Shown piece after piece: positions 17,525 to 25,426 of a stretch of DNA of 64,000 bases. The notes below the pieces were generated by a model. It saw only the letters and a list, made by a program, of their open reading frames with translations. It ran no database searches and was not told the origin of the DNA. A program made the translations under genes and the position numbers. This DNA comes from a virus (lineage: Duplodnaviria; Caudoviricetes): positions 1 to 64,000 of the IMG/VR virus record IMGVR_UViG_3300009678_000002; one strand, given 5' to 3'. The number at the start of each line of letters is the position of its first letter. The stretch's first letter is position 1.

Positions 17525-17529
17525 CCGAC

Positions 17530-17604
17530 CGAGGTGTAGTCTAGTGGCAAGACGCGCGTTTTGGGTACGCGAGCTCGGGAGTTCGATTCTCTCCACCTCG
17601 ACCA
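17530..17604 (+). tRNA. tRNA-Pro(TGG)
   Basis: CGCGT-ttTGGgt-ACGCG. Confidence 0.92.
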
Positions 17605-17605
17605 T

Positions 17606-17682
17606 GCTGATCGAACGCCAATGGATGGCGGCCGCGTTGTGGACGCGGTGCGAGCTGGGTTCGATTCCCGCCGGTCAGCCCA
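17606..17682 (+). tRNA. tRNA-His(GTG)
   Basis: CCGCG-ttGTGga-CGCGG; G-1:C73 pair. Confidence 0.9.
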
Positions 17683-17683
17683 A

Positions 17684-17756
17684 GCTCTCGCAGCACGATT
17701 GGACGTGCAGGCGTTTCCTAAACGCGAGGCTGCGGGTTCGAGTCCCGCCGAGAGCG
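17684..17756 (+). tRNA. tRNA-Arg(CCT)
   Basis: GCGT-ttCCTaa-ACGC. Confidence 0.88.
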
Positions 17757-17760
17757 CTGC

Positions 17761-17832
17761 GCGCGTGTCGTCCAATGGTCAGGGCGCCGGCCTGATATGC
17801 CGGAGACGAGAGTTCGATTCTCTCCTCGCGCA
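17761..17832 (+). tRNA. tRNA-Ile(GAT)
   Basis: CCGGC-ctGATat-GCCGG. Confidence 0.88.
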
Positions 17833-17836
17833 CCGC

Positions 17837-17908
17837 GGACCGCTAGCTCAGTGGTGAGAGCTGCAGGCTTATACCCTGCGCGGGGCAGTTCGATTCTGCC
17901 GCGGTCTA
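17837..17908 (+). tRNA. tRNA-Ile(TAT)
   Basis: GCAGG-ctTATac-CCTGC. Confidence 0.88.
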
Positions 17909-17909
17909 C

Positions 17910-17985
17910 GACGCTGCAGCTCAGTGGTTGAGCGCCTGCCCGACGAGCAGGAGATCTATCGGTTCGATTCCGATCAGCGTCACCA
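17910..17985 (+). tRNA. tRNA-Val(GAC), C33
   Basis: CCTGC-ccGACga-GCAGG. Confidence 0.85.
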
Positions 17986-17986
17986 T

Positions 17987-18060
17987 GGGGACGTAACACA
18001 ACGGGCGTGTGCTGGTCTTGCAAACCAGAAATGCGGGTTCGACTCCCGCCGTTTCCACCA
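17987..18060 (+). tRNA. tRNA-Ala(TGC)
   Basis: CTGGT-ctTGCaa-ACCAG; G3:U70 pair. Confidence 0.92.
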
Positions 18061-18061
18061 T

Positions 18062-18134
18062 GCCGGCGATGCTCGTGAGGACGGGCGCCGCACTCGTAAC
18101 GCGGACACAGCGGGTTCGACTCCCGCCGCCGGCT
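18062..18134 (+). tRNA. tRNA-Thr(CGT)
   Basis: CCGCA-ctCGTaa-CGCGG. Confidence 0.85.
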
Positions 18135-18139
18135 CCGTC

Positions 18140-18210
18140 GCTCTCGTAGCACAGTGGCAGTGCTCGGTCCTGGTACGACCGAGACCGCGGTTCGATTCCG
18201 CGCGAGAGCT
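18140..18210 (+). tRNA. tRNA-Thr(GGT)
   Basis: CGGTC-ctGGTac-GACCG. Confidence 0.9.
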
Positions 18211-18215
18211 CTACT

Positions 18216-18286
18216 GCCGACGCGGCTCGATGGTCGAGCGCCCAGCTTGTACCTGGGAGGAACGCGTTCGATTCGCGTCGTCGGCT
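18216..18286 (+). tRNA. tRNA-Thr(TGT)
   Basis: CCCAG-ctTGTac-CTGGG. Confidence 0.9.
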
Positions 18287-18292
18287 CTGCAC

Positions 18293-18363
18293 GCGGGCAT
18301 CGTTCAACGGTAGGACGACTGGCTTCCACCCAGTAGACGCGGGTTCGATTCCCGCTGCTCGCA
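18293..18363 (+). tRNA. tRNA-Gly(TCC)
   Basis: ACTGG-ctTCCac-CCAGT. Confidence 0.92.
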
Positions 18364-18368
18364 CCGCC

Positions 18369-18441
18369 GGCGCGATCCTTCCGGCGAAGGCGCGGCGCTG
18401 CAAACGCCGTGAGTCCGGTTCAACTCCGGATCGCGCCTCCA
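18369..18441 (+). tRNA. tRNA-Cys(GCA)
   Basis: CGGCG-ctGCAaa-CGCCG; U73 then CCA. Confidence 0.9.
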
Positions 18442-18442
18442 T

Positions 18443-18519
18443 GCTCTCGCAGCTCGAGAGGAACGAGCGCCGGGCTTCTATCCCGGAGCGTGTCGGTTCG
18501 AGTCCGACCGAGAGCGCCA
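18443..18519 (+). tRNA. tRNA-Arg(TCT)
   Basis: CCGGG-ctTCTat-CCCGG. Confidence 0.9.
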
Positions 18520-18520
18520 A

Positions 18521-18595
18521 GACCGCGAGGCCCGAAGGATGGGCGCCAGTCTCCGAAGCTGGTCGGTGCTGGTTCGAGTCCAGCCGCGGTCGCCA
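18521..18595 (+). tRNA. tRNA-Arg(CCG)
   Basis: CCAGT-ctCCGaa-GCTGG. Confidence 0.9.
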
Positions 18596-18596
18596 T

Positions 18597-18681
18597 GTCT
18601 CCGTCGTCCAGAGGAAGGGCACCGCGCTACGAACGCGGGCGCGCAAGCGCAACGCAGGTTCGAATCCTGCCGGAGACGCCA
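18597..18681 (+). tRNA. tRNA-Arg(ACG) with long variable arm
   Basis: CCGCG-ctACGaa-CGCGG; extra GCGC-GCAA-GCGC arm. Confidence 0.88.
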
Positions 18682-18682
18682 C

Positions 18683-18751
18683 GCCGCCGAGTGCAGGGCA
18701 CGGGCTCGTTTCATACGCGAGCGCGCGACGGTTCGAGTCCGTCCGGCGGCA
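18683..18751 (+). tRNA. tRNA-Met(CAT), elongator (or Ile2)
   Basis: CTCGT-ttCATac-GCGAG; short D arm. Confidence 0.8.
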
Positions 18752-18755
18752 CCGC

Positions 18756-18828
18756 GCGCGTCTTGTCGTCTGGTGACGGCGTCGGTCCTACAAACCGAAG
18801 CAGCAGGGTTCGATCCCCTGGGCGCGCA
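18756..18828 (+). tRNA. tRNA-Val(TAC), C33
   Basis: TCGGT-ccTACaa-ACCGA. Confidence 0.85.
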
Positions 18829-18852
18829 CCGATGTGCTTGCTATGTTCTCGA

Positions 18853-18925
18853 CGCGGCGCGGCGGAGATGCCGGTCTGGGCTCATAACCCGAACCAACCA
18901 GGCGCGACTCCTGGGGCCGCAACCA
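18853..18925 (+). tRNA. Initiator tRNA-fMet(CAT), divergent
   Basis: GGG-ctCATaa-CCC, C1xA72 mismatch, atypical T loop. Confidence 0.75.
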
Positions 18926-18926
18926 A

Positions 18927-19002
18927 GCTGACGTAGGCTAATCGGCAAAGCTGCTCCGCTCAAAACGGAGCGAATGGTTGGGTTCGAATCCCCCCGTCAG
19001 CA
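18927..19002 (+). tRNA. tRNA-Leu(CAA), short variable region
   Basis: CTCCG-ctCAAaa-CGGAG. Confidence 0.85.
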
Positions 19003-19006
19003 CCGC

Positions 19007-19080
19007 GCTGCGCTGGCCCAATTGGCAGAGGCGTCTGATTCAGGATCAGAAGGTTGAAGGTTCGACTCCTTCGCGCAGCA
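19007..19080 (+). tRNA. tRNA-Leu(CAG), short variable loop
   Basis: TCTGA-ttCAGga-TCAGA. Confidence 0.88.
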
Positions 19081-19115
19081 CCGACACGAGGCAGCCTGTT
19101 CGGAGAGACCGCGCC

Positions 19116-19733
19116 ATGACCGCCGCAACTCAAACGCTCGTGCTCGACTCAGCCTATGCGCCGCACCGTGTCGTGCGCTGGCAGCGCGCGGCGCAGCTCC
19201 TGAGCGCGGGGCGCGCCGAGGTCGTCGAGCTCTACGACGACGCCGTGCGCGCGGTGTCGCGCGACGTCGCCAAGACGCTGGACGTCAGCAAGCAGATGAT
19301 CGCGTGGTTCGAGCTGGGCGTCGACGACTCGGACCCGAGCGTCTACATCGTGCGCGTGCCGTCGGTGGTCCGGCTGCTGTCGAACGTGGGGCGCAAGCGC
19401 GCGGTCAAGTTCTCGCGGGTGAACGTGCTCACTCGCGACGGGTTCCGCTGTCAGTACTGCGGCGCGCGCAAGCGGATGCAGGAGCTCAACTTCGACCACG
19501 TGGTGCCGCGGTCGCAGGGCGGCCGGACCACGTTCGAGAACGTCGTCGCCAGCTGCTACCCGTGCAACGAGCGCAAGCGCGACCGCACGCCGGCGGAGGC
19601 CGGGATGGTCCTGCGCTCGGTGCCCGTGCGGCCGAAGTCGCTTCCGATCGCGGCGCTGCGCGCGGACCTGCTGCGCGAGCCGCACGAGTCGTGGCGCTCG
19701 TGGCTGTACTGGCACGTCGAGCTCGAGCCCTGA
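19116..19733 (+). CDS. HNH endonuclease (McrA-like, tRNA-array associated)
   Basis: FSRVNVLTRDGFRCQYCG...DHVVPRSQGG...NVVASCYPCNERK. Confidence 0.92.
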   Translation: MTAATQTLVLDSAYAPHRVVRWQRAAQLLSAGRAEVVELYDDAVRAVSRDVAKTLDVSKQMIAWFELGVDDSDPSVYIVRVPSVVRLLSNVGRKRAVKFSRVNVLTRDGFRCQYCGARKRMQELNFDHVVPRSQGGRTTFENVVASCYPCNERKRDRTPAEAGMVLRSVPVRPKSLPIAALRADLLREPHESWRSWLYWHVELEP

Positions 19734-19838
19734 CCCGGCCGTATTGACAACGGCCGGCCGATCGTACATACGCTGCCGGGAGGAGGTCGACCGTGACCTG
19801 CGCGACTCTTTGCCCGTCGTAGTTCTGGACGCGATGAG

Positions 19839-20066
19839 ATGACCGGACCACAGCGCCCGCGCTCCATACGAGTCAGTGACGAGGACTGGTCAGAGATCGA
19901 GCGGCTCGCTGCGCGTGAAGGGCTGAGCGTGAGCGAGTACATCCGCAGGCTGGCGCTCGCACCGCTCGATGCGCGCCGCACGCTCGGCCAGCTCAGCCGG
20001 ATCGGGAAGTTGATCAGCCAGGTCGCGCGCGAGCTCGAGCTGCTCGCGGCGCGCCTTGGCGCATAG
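19839..20066 (+). CDS. Ribbon-helix-helix DNA-binding protein
   Basis: SIRVSDEDWSEIERLAAREGLSVSEYIRRLAL. Confidence 0.75.
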   Translation: MTGPQRPRSIRVSDEDWSEIERLAAREGLSVSEYIRRLALAPLDARRTLGQLSRIGKLISQVARELELLAARLGA

Positions 20067-20081
20067 AAGGGGACCACGAGC

Positions 20082-20444
20082 ATGAGCGTTCTCGAATGCT
20101 TTCTCGCGGCGCTGCTCGCCGGCATCACCGGGTTCGCCATCGGCGCGCAGCGGTGGCGCAAGCGCAGCCCCGTGTTTCACGAGTCGAGCTGGAAGGGCGA
20201 CGCTGTCACCGTGTCGATCGGTTGCATCACGGACTCGCCCAACGGCACCAGGGTCCAGCTAGAGACATCGCACCGATACATTCACCTGGCCCCTGCCCGC
20301 GCGCGTGCCTACGCCGTCTTGCTCACGTCGATGGCGGACGACGTCGACGAGTGGGTTCGCGAGCACGGCAGCGGGGCGGTGGCATCCAAGCCGGCGAAGG
20401 CGCGTAAGCTGGCGCTGGTCAAACCCGACTCGGAGGTCAGCTAG
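20082..20444 (+). CDS. Membrane-anchored hypothetical protein
   Basis: N-terminal TM segment. Confidence 0.55.
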   Translation: MSVLECFLAALLAGITGFAIGAQRWRKRSPVFHESSWKGDAVTVSIGCITDSPNGTRVQLETSHRYIHLAPARARAYAVLLTSMADDVDEWVREHGSGAVASKPAKARKLALVKPDSEVS

Positions 20445-21127
20445 TGCCGCGCCTCAATCTTCCGCAGTGCATCACGCTCGCCGCTCTCGCCGTGCAGCTC
20501 GTCGCGTGGCCGCTCGCGTTCATGTTCACGCGCGAGACATCGTGTTGGCTCGACAAGGGCCGGCAGGCACGGGCCGGCGAGAGCGTCGAGATGGACTGCG
20601 ACGCGTGGCGCGACTGGGTTCCGTTTCTCGACCGCAGTCCGAAACCGCAGCAGCCCGCCGAGCCGCGCGACGAGCATCTGGAGGCTCGGTGGAACGCGCC
20701 GCCGGATGACCCGGACATGACGATCACGGTCCCTGCCGATGACGAGCCGGGCGAAGTGGTGACGTTCGATCTCACATCGGACGCGGAAGATGTCGCGTTC
20801 TCGTTCACGGATACGTGCGTCAAAGGCTACAACTGCGCCGATGACGTCACGCCCGACGAGCCCCGTGGCGTGGTGCTTCAGCACAACATCTACCGCCACA
20901 ACTCCTTCGACGCCGGTACCGAGCTGTGGATCGAGCTCCCGCAGACCGATGACGGCATATACGCCGAAGACGGAACGCGCGTCGATGCCGAAGCCCCGCG
21001 CTGCTCGAGGTTCGAAGGCAAGGGCGGATCGTGCCGATGGGACGCCGAGGCGAAGCAGTGCCAGTGCGCCGGTTGGGGCGTGCGATGGTGCGCGTCTGCC
21101 GATGGGATGTCGGAGGATTGCAAGTGA
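20444..21127 (+). CDS. Membrane-anchored Cys-rich acidic protein
   Basis: N-terminal TM segment, many Cys. Confidence 0.6.
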   Translation: MPRLNLPQCITLAALAVQLVAWPLAFMFTRETSCWLDKGRQARAGESVEMDCDAWRDWVPFLDRSPKPQQPAEPRDEHLEARWNAPPDDPDMTITVPADDEPGEVVTFDLTSDAEDVAFSFTDTCVKGYNCADDVTPDEPRGVVLQHNIYRHNSFDAGTELWIELPQTDDGIYAEDGTRVDAEAPRCSRFEGKGGSCRWDAEAKQCQCAGWGVRWCASADGMSEDCK

Positions 21128-21672
21128 CGCGCGACCAGTGGTGGCTGCCGATAGCGGCGCTCGCGTGCGTGGGCTTGGTGATCGTTGTGGTCTCCGCCGT
21201 CGAGCGCGACCGACACAACGCTGCCGTGCTGCGCGCGTACAACATTCTTTCCGATGGCGGCACGATCGAAGACCTGGGCTATCCGGTGATCCGCGAGCCG
21301 ATGTCCGAAGCGGAGCGCGACGCATACCGCAACCGAGCCCGCCCGCACTGGTGGGACGACGCCGATGGCCCGACACGTCAGCGCGTAGTGCGGGAAACGG
21401 AACGCTGCTCCGAGATGGTCTACAGCTACAGCTTCGGGCTTGGCGCGTTCCCGGATGGCGTGCGGATCGACGGCAGCTGCTACAACTGGTGCGAGGCTGA
21501 GTGGTCGGACATGCTCGGCTGGAGCTGCGCGCGCGATTGGGATGCGTGCGGGAGGACCAGATCGGTGATCAGCACGCCATGCGGGACTGAGCGCGTCGAC
21601 GACGGTGGGTACGCGTGCAGGATGGCGGTTTACGATCGGTACCAAGACACGCTCGGGAGGGCCACCCCATGA
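21124..21672 (+). CDS. Membrane-anchored Cys-rich protein
   Basis: MTRDQWW plus TM; GTGA coupled. Confidence 0.6.
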   Translation: MTRDQWWLPIAALACVGLVIVVVSAVERDRHNAAVLRAYNILSDGGTIEDLGYPVIREPMSEAERDAYRNRARPHWWDDADGPTRQRVVRETERCSEMVYSYSFGLGAFPDGVRIDGSCYNWCEAEWSDMLGWSCARDWDACGRTRSVISTPCGTERVDDGGYACRMAVYDRYQDTLGRATP

Positions 21673-21926
21673 CCCGCGCCACCATCCTGCTCGTGTTCGC
21701 GCTCGTGACCGCGTGCGGCGCCCCTGCCCACGGCGGCGAGCTCGGCCAAACGATCGACCGCTGCGAGGCGCACTGCGCGCAGTTCGGGCGCGATTGGATG
21801 CTGTGGGGCGCGTTCACCGACAACGTGGAGTGCGAGTGCTGGGTGAACCCAAAACACAAGCGCCCGGTGGTCCGGCGCCCCAGGTGCGCCGACGCGCACG
21901 AAGCTGAGACGCGGTGCACCCCATGA
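21669..21926 (+). CDS. Small Cys-rich lipoprotein
   Basis: MTRATILLVFALVTAC lipobox. Confidence 0.65.
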   Translation: MTRATILLVFALVTACGAPAHGGELGQTIDRCEAHCAQFGRDWMLWGAFTDNVECECWVNPKHKRPVVRRPRCADAHEAETRCTP

Positions 21927-22405
21927 CCCGCGCCGACGCCATCATCAGCGTGCTCGCGGGCACGCTCGTGTTCGCGGGGTGGACGATCGCCAGCACGCCA
22001 GAGTGCCCAGAGCGCCGCGCGTGCGCGACGTACCAGGGCGACCCACCGCTCCCGCCGCGGTGGGCGTGGCAAGAGGTGCGCGCAGAGCGGCTCGCCGAAT
22101 GCGCCCTCCCCTGCGAGGACTCCAGCGTGCTCGCCGTCGTGGACGCCCGCGGCGAAGAGGTGTGCAGCTGCTCGGATGTGTGGCGGATGGCCCCGAGCGG
22201 CTACCCGTGGAGCATCGACGTCGTGGTCACGCCTCAGATCGTTCCCGACGAGGACGCGCCTCCGCTCGACGGCTACCCGTGGAGCATTGACGGCGCGTAC
22301 ACGCTGCAGCTCGCGCCCGGCGAGTGGGTGCAGGTGCCGATCGTCGATGAGCCGCCGCGCTGCCTAGACCTTGGTCAACGTGGCTGGGAGCCGTGCTCAC
22401 CATGA
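21923..22405 (+). CDS. Membrane-anchored Cys-rich protein
   Basis: MTRADAII plus TM; GYPWSID occurs twice. Confidence 0.6.
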   Translation: MTRADAIISVLAGTLVFAGWTIASTPECPERRACATYQGDPPLPPRWAWQEVRAERLAECALPCEDSSVLAVVDARGEEVCSCSDVWRMAPSGYPWSIDVVVTPQIVPDEDAPPLDGYPWSIDGAYTLQLAPGEWVQVPIVDEPPRCLDLGQRGWEPCSP

Positions 22406-22548
22406 CCCGCGACACCGCGCTCTGGCTCGCGCCCACGGTCTGCGCGTTCTGGGGCGCCGCCCGCGGTGACGTAGGCTGGCCGCTCGTGCTGCTCGCGCTC
22501 GCGTGCGTGCTCATGTGGCGCGGTGACGACCCGGCGGAAGGGCGGTAG
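22402..22548 (+). CDS. Tiny membrane protein (48 aa)
   Basis: MTRDTALW...LVLLALACVLMW...EGR; manual translation. Confidence 0.5.
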   Translation: MTRDTALWLAPTVCAFWGAARGDVGWPLVLLALACVLMWRGDDPAEGR

Positions 22549-22558
22549 GGTTGGCGGG

Positions 22559-22699
22559 ATGGACGCGCAAGATATCGCGATGTGTTTCATCTTCTTCGTG
22601 TATGGCTTCTTCTTTGGGGCGGTCGTCCAGGCATATCATGAGGATAGGCGTGTAAGGCGCGCACGCGAGCGCACGGCCGGCGCGAAGGAAGGGCGGTAG
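22559..22699 (+). CDS. Tiny membrane protein (46 aa)
   Basis: MDAQDIAMCFIFFVYGFFFGAVV...EGR; manual translation. Confidence 0.5.
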   Translation: MDAQDIAMCFIFFVYGFFFGAVVQAYHEDRRVRRARERTAGAKEGR

Positions 22700-22709
22700 G
22701 GTGGCGGGG

Positions 22710-22862
22710 ATGGACTGGATCACCATTGCAGCAGCCGCCGCGCTACTCGTCGCTACACACTGCGCCGCGTACTTCGCCGGGGGAGCTCGCGAGAACGCGT
22801 TCGCTCGGCGACTGCTCGAACGGTTGAAGCCGACGGAAAGCGAAAAGCCCGCCACCCCGTGA
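22710..22862 (+). CDS. Tiny membrane protein (50 aa)
   Basis: MDWITIAAAAALLVATHCAAYF; manual translation. Confidence 0.5.
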   Translation: MDWITIAAAAALLVATHCAAYFAGGARENAFARRLLERLKPTESEKPATP

Positions 22863-22887
22863 GGGCAGCGGGCGAAGGGGGCCGAGT

Positions 22888-23139
22888 ATGTCGGGGTGGA
22901 ACTGGTTACTGCTTGCGGTGGTCGCTGTCGGGTCGTACGCGCTTGGCGATGCGACGCATTGGATCAGCCTGCACGCCCGCCCGAGTTATAGCGGCCCGTG
23001 GACGGTCGAGCGCGCAATGGACCAGGCGAACGAGCTGCACCGGCATTGGCTCGAGTGCGAGGAGCGGAACGCTGCCCGCATCGACCAGAGCGCGGCGTGG
23101 TGGATCCCGCCGACGCCTTGGCGCATCGCGAGCCGCTGA
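22888..23139 (+). CDS. Small membrane or secreted protein
   Basis: MSGWNWLLLAVVAVGSYALG. Confidence 0.55.
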   Translation: MSGWNWLLLAVVAVGSYALGDATHWISLHARPSYSGPWTVERAMDQANELHRHWLECEERNAARIDQSAAWWIPPTPWRIASR

Positions 23140-23502
23140 TCACCGCCTGCGCTTGTTCGGCGGCCACTGCGGCGGTGGGTCGCTCGGCGGCGGGACCATA
23201 CTCGGCACGGTTCCGGTAGGCCCGCGCGGTGGCGGAGCCGTCGGTCGCCTGCTCGGGTGCAGCAGCAGCTCGGCCGCGCGGTACGCCTCGAGCTCGTGCT
23301 GTGCGGACGCGCTGATGGTCGGCGTCTCGTCTTCCCAGCTATCGAGCGCGCGCCGGATCGCGAGCATGACCTCGTGCTTGAGCTGCGCGCACGCTGTCGA
23401 GCCGAGGAAGTCGGCAAGCGGTACGCCGAGTTGTGCAGCGACCACGCGTGCAGACTCGATTAGCGCGTCGGCCGCTGCGCGCCGTAGCTCGGCAGGGCCC
23501 AT
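23140..23502 (-). CDS. Hypothetical protein, last gene of the late operon
   Basis: Abuts the convergent ORF. Confidence 0.45.
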   Translation of the reverse strand: MGPAELRRAAADALIESARVVAAQLGVPLADFLGSTACAQLKHEVMLAIRRALDSWEDETPTISASAQHELEAYRAAELLLHPSRRPTAPPPRGPTGTVPSMVPPPSDPPPQWPPNKRRR

Positions 23503-23506
23503 GAGG

Positions 23507-24316
23507 TCACACGATCGTCAGACCGAGCTGCCTGCCCGTGAAGTAGCTGCGCATGGCTGTCAGCTGCGCGGCGGTTGGGATCGATGACGCGACAACGACT
23601 TCGGCAACGCTGCAGTCCGCAAATACGGCGCTGGCTAGCTGCGCGCGCAGCACATAAGCGACGTCGAGATCGTCGGTAAGCGTGCCGGTCAGGTCGCCGT
23701 CGAATCCGACTCCATCGACGACCGCCTTATCCGTGATCGTGTCGAGTAGCCCGTACTCGAACAGGTGCGGGTCTGTGTCGAACGGGATCGTTTCGATCGT
23801 CTCCGAAGATCCCGGGACACTATGATCGCTGATGCCAAACGAGCGGATGTCGAAGTTGGCGGCGAGGGTTGTGTAAACGCAGCTGGAAAAGCTGGCGTCG
23901 TCGCCGTTGATCGAGAACGCGCGCCGAACGGCCGTGGTGCTCGGCACGCCGTGCCAGCGGCACACGATCCACATGTACGGCCGCGAGCCCGATGCAATCG
24001 GCGTGTCGAGCGCGCACTCCATCCATTGTGTGCCATCGCCGACGACTCCAGGCTGACCATTGAACACGTCCGCATCGTATGCGGGCCGCAGCAGCGCCGT
24101 TGGCTGCGCGGGATCGCCCGCGCCGATCTCGCGGTTCTTCCACGTCGCGATCGCGTTGCCCGCGCCGTACGTAAAATCATCCGCCGTCTTGGCGACGAGC
24201 CACGTGTGCAGCAAGTCGCCGAGGATGGTCGCTGGCGTCGATGCGTGTACGCCCTGCAAGCGCTCGCGGATGTGCGCGCCGCTCAGGTGCTCGTGAATCT
24301 TCGGCTTTGTGTGCAT
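23507..24316 (-). CDS. LamG/ConA-like tail accessory protein
   Basis: LHTW...IATWKN...AQPTALLRP...VAEVVV...YF pattern; paralogous to 24676 and to the C-terminus of 28909. Confidence 0.6.
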   Translation of the reverse strand: MHTKPKIHEHLSGAHIRERLQGVHASTPATILGDLLHTWLVAKTADDFTYGAGNAIATWKNREIGAGDPAQPTALLRPAYDADVFNGQPGVVGDGTQWMECALDTPIASGSRPYMWIVCRWHGVPSTTAVRRAFSINGDDASFSSCVYTTLAANFDIRSFGISDHSVPGSSETIETIPFDTDPHLFEYGLLDTITDKAVVDGVGFDGDLTGTLTDDLDVAYVLRAQLASAVFADCSVAEVVVASSIPTAAQLTAMRSYFTGRQLGLTIV

Positions 24317-24319
24317 GGC

Positions 24320-24679
24320 TCACGGAGCCGTGCCGAACGGCAGCACCTGCCACGGGAACGGACCGCGGCGCACGGTGCCGGTGCCGGGCAGAGCGCCCGC
24401 GATCTCGGCTTCGATCCACACGTAGTACGTGGCGGTCTTGCTCGGCTGCGTCCACGCGAATGTTGGAGTCCAGCCTAGCGTGTCTCCCGCGATCTCGTCT
24501 TCGACCAGGTCCATCGCCTCGGCGTCGACCAGCTTCGAGTTGTGCGAGTCGTAGATCGTGATCGTGCCGCTCTCGAACGCGATCGGGTCGCCGTCCTCGT
24601 CGTCGACCGAGTACTCGAGCTGCTCGCTCGTGTCGCCCCAGACCTTGCACGGGAACCGCTCGGTAGGTTTGCAGCTCAT
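24320..24679 (-). CDS. Ig-like beta-rich virion accessory protein
   Basis: WGDT..LEYSV.DEDGDPI pattern. Confidence 0.55.
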   Translation of the reverse strand: MSCKPTERFPCKVWGDTSEQLEYSVDDEDGDPIAFESGTITIYDSHNSKLVDAEAMDLVEDEIAGDTLGWTPTFAWTQPSKTATYYVWIEAEIAGALPGTGTVRRGPFPWQVLPFGTAP

Positions 24680-25425
24680 GAGAAATCGACTCCGAGGTCG
24701 TAAAGGTTATTGACGTACGCGGCGACGATCGCGCGCTTCGCATCGGTCGGGTCGAGCACGGCGCACGAGAACGCGACAGCGTCCACGCCGCCGGCTACGA
24801 GCCAGTAGGTGCACGGGTTGTTTCCGCGGCACGTTCCGTTGCCGGTGAAGTTAGGATCCGTGGCGACACCGTTGATGCACGCGACCAAGCCGGACGCGAG
24901 ATAGCCGACCGAGTAGAGCGCCCACGATCCAGCGGCGCCGACGTTCAGGTCCTGAAGGGCTGCCGCGGTCGGGTGCGCGTATAGGAAAACGTTCGCGTCA
25001 CACGAACACGCGAACGGGTACACGTTGCCGGAATGGCTGATCTCGATCGGCACGCCGCCGACGCCGGGCCGCATCACGACATAGAACTCGACCCTGGACG
25101 CGGCGGGGATCGTCTCGATCTCGCCCTCGAGGAAGTCGAGCGTCTCCTCGTTGCTGTAGGCGTACGGCTGATCGTTCGGCCCACCGTCCGCTGCGAACAG
25201 GACCCCGCCGTTGCCCGCGTTCGGCGTCAGGTCTGCGCCCTGCCCCGTCCAGTCTGCGAGCTCGGTGATCGCGCCGTCGACTACCGTCGTGAACTCCCCC
25301 GGCGCCGTGACCTGGTTCTGGTAGAGCAGGTCCGAGCCGAGCAGCTGCAGCAGCGAGCGCGATCGATGGTAGACGCGGTGGCGGACCTTCATCCCGCGCT
25401 GCTGCTGTTTGATCTTCGCGGGCAT
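24676..25425 (-). CDS. LamG/ConA-like tail accessory protein
   Basis: Similar architecture to 23507. Confidence 0.55.
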   Translation of the reverse strand: MPAKIKQQQRGMKVRHRVYHRSRSLLQLLGSDLLYQNQVTAPGEFTTVVDGAITELADWTGQGADLTPNAGNGGVLFAADGGPNDQPYAYSNEETLDFLEGEIETIPAASRVEFYVVMRPGVGGVPIEISHSGNVYPFACSCDANVFLYAHPTAAALQDLNVGAAGSWALYSVGYLASGLVACINGVATDPNFTGNGTCRGNNPCTYWLVAGGVDAVAFSCAVLDPTDAKRAIVAAYVNNLYDLGVDFS

Positions 25426-25426
25426 G

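Noticed and set aside
16254-19080. CRISPR array, tmRNA or suppressor tRNA / recoding
   Set aside because: Recurring GGTTCGA motifs are T loops; no CTA, TTA or TCA anticodons; genes use standard stops
16264-19100. Many overlapping ORFs listed across the tRNA array
   Set aside because: Shadow ORFs of GC-rich tRNA genes
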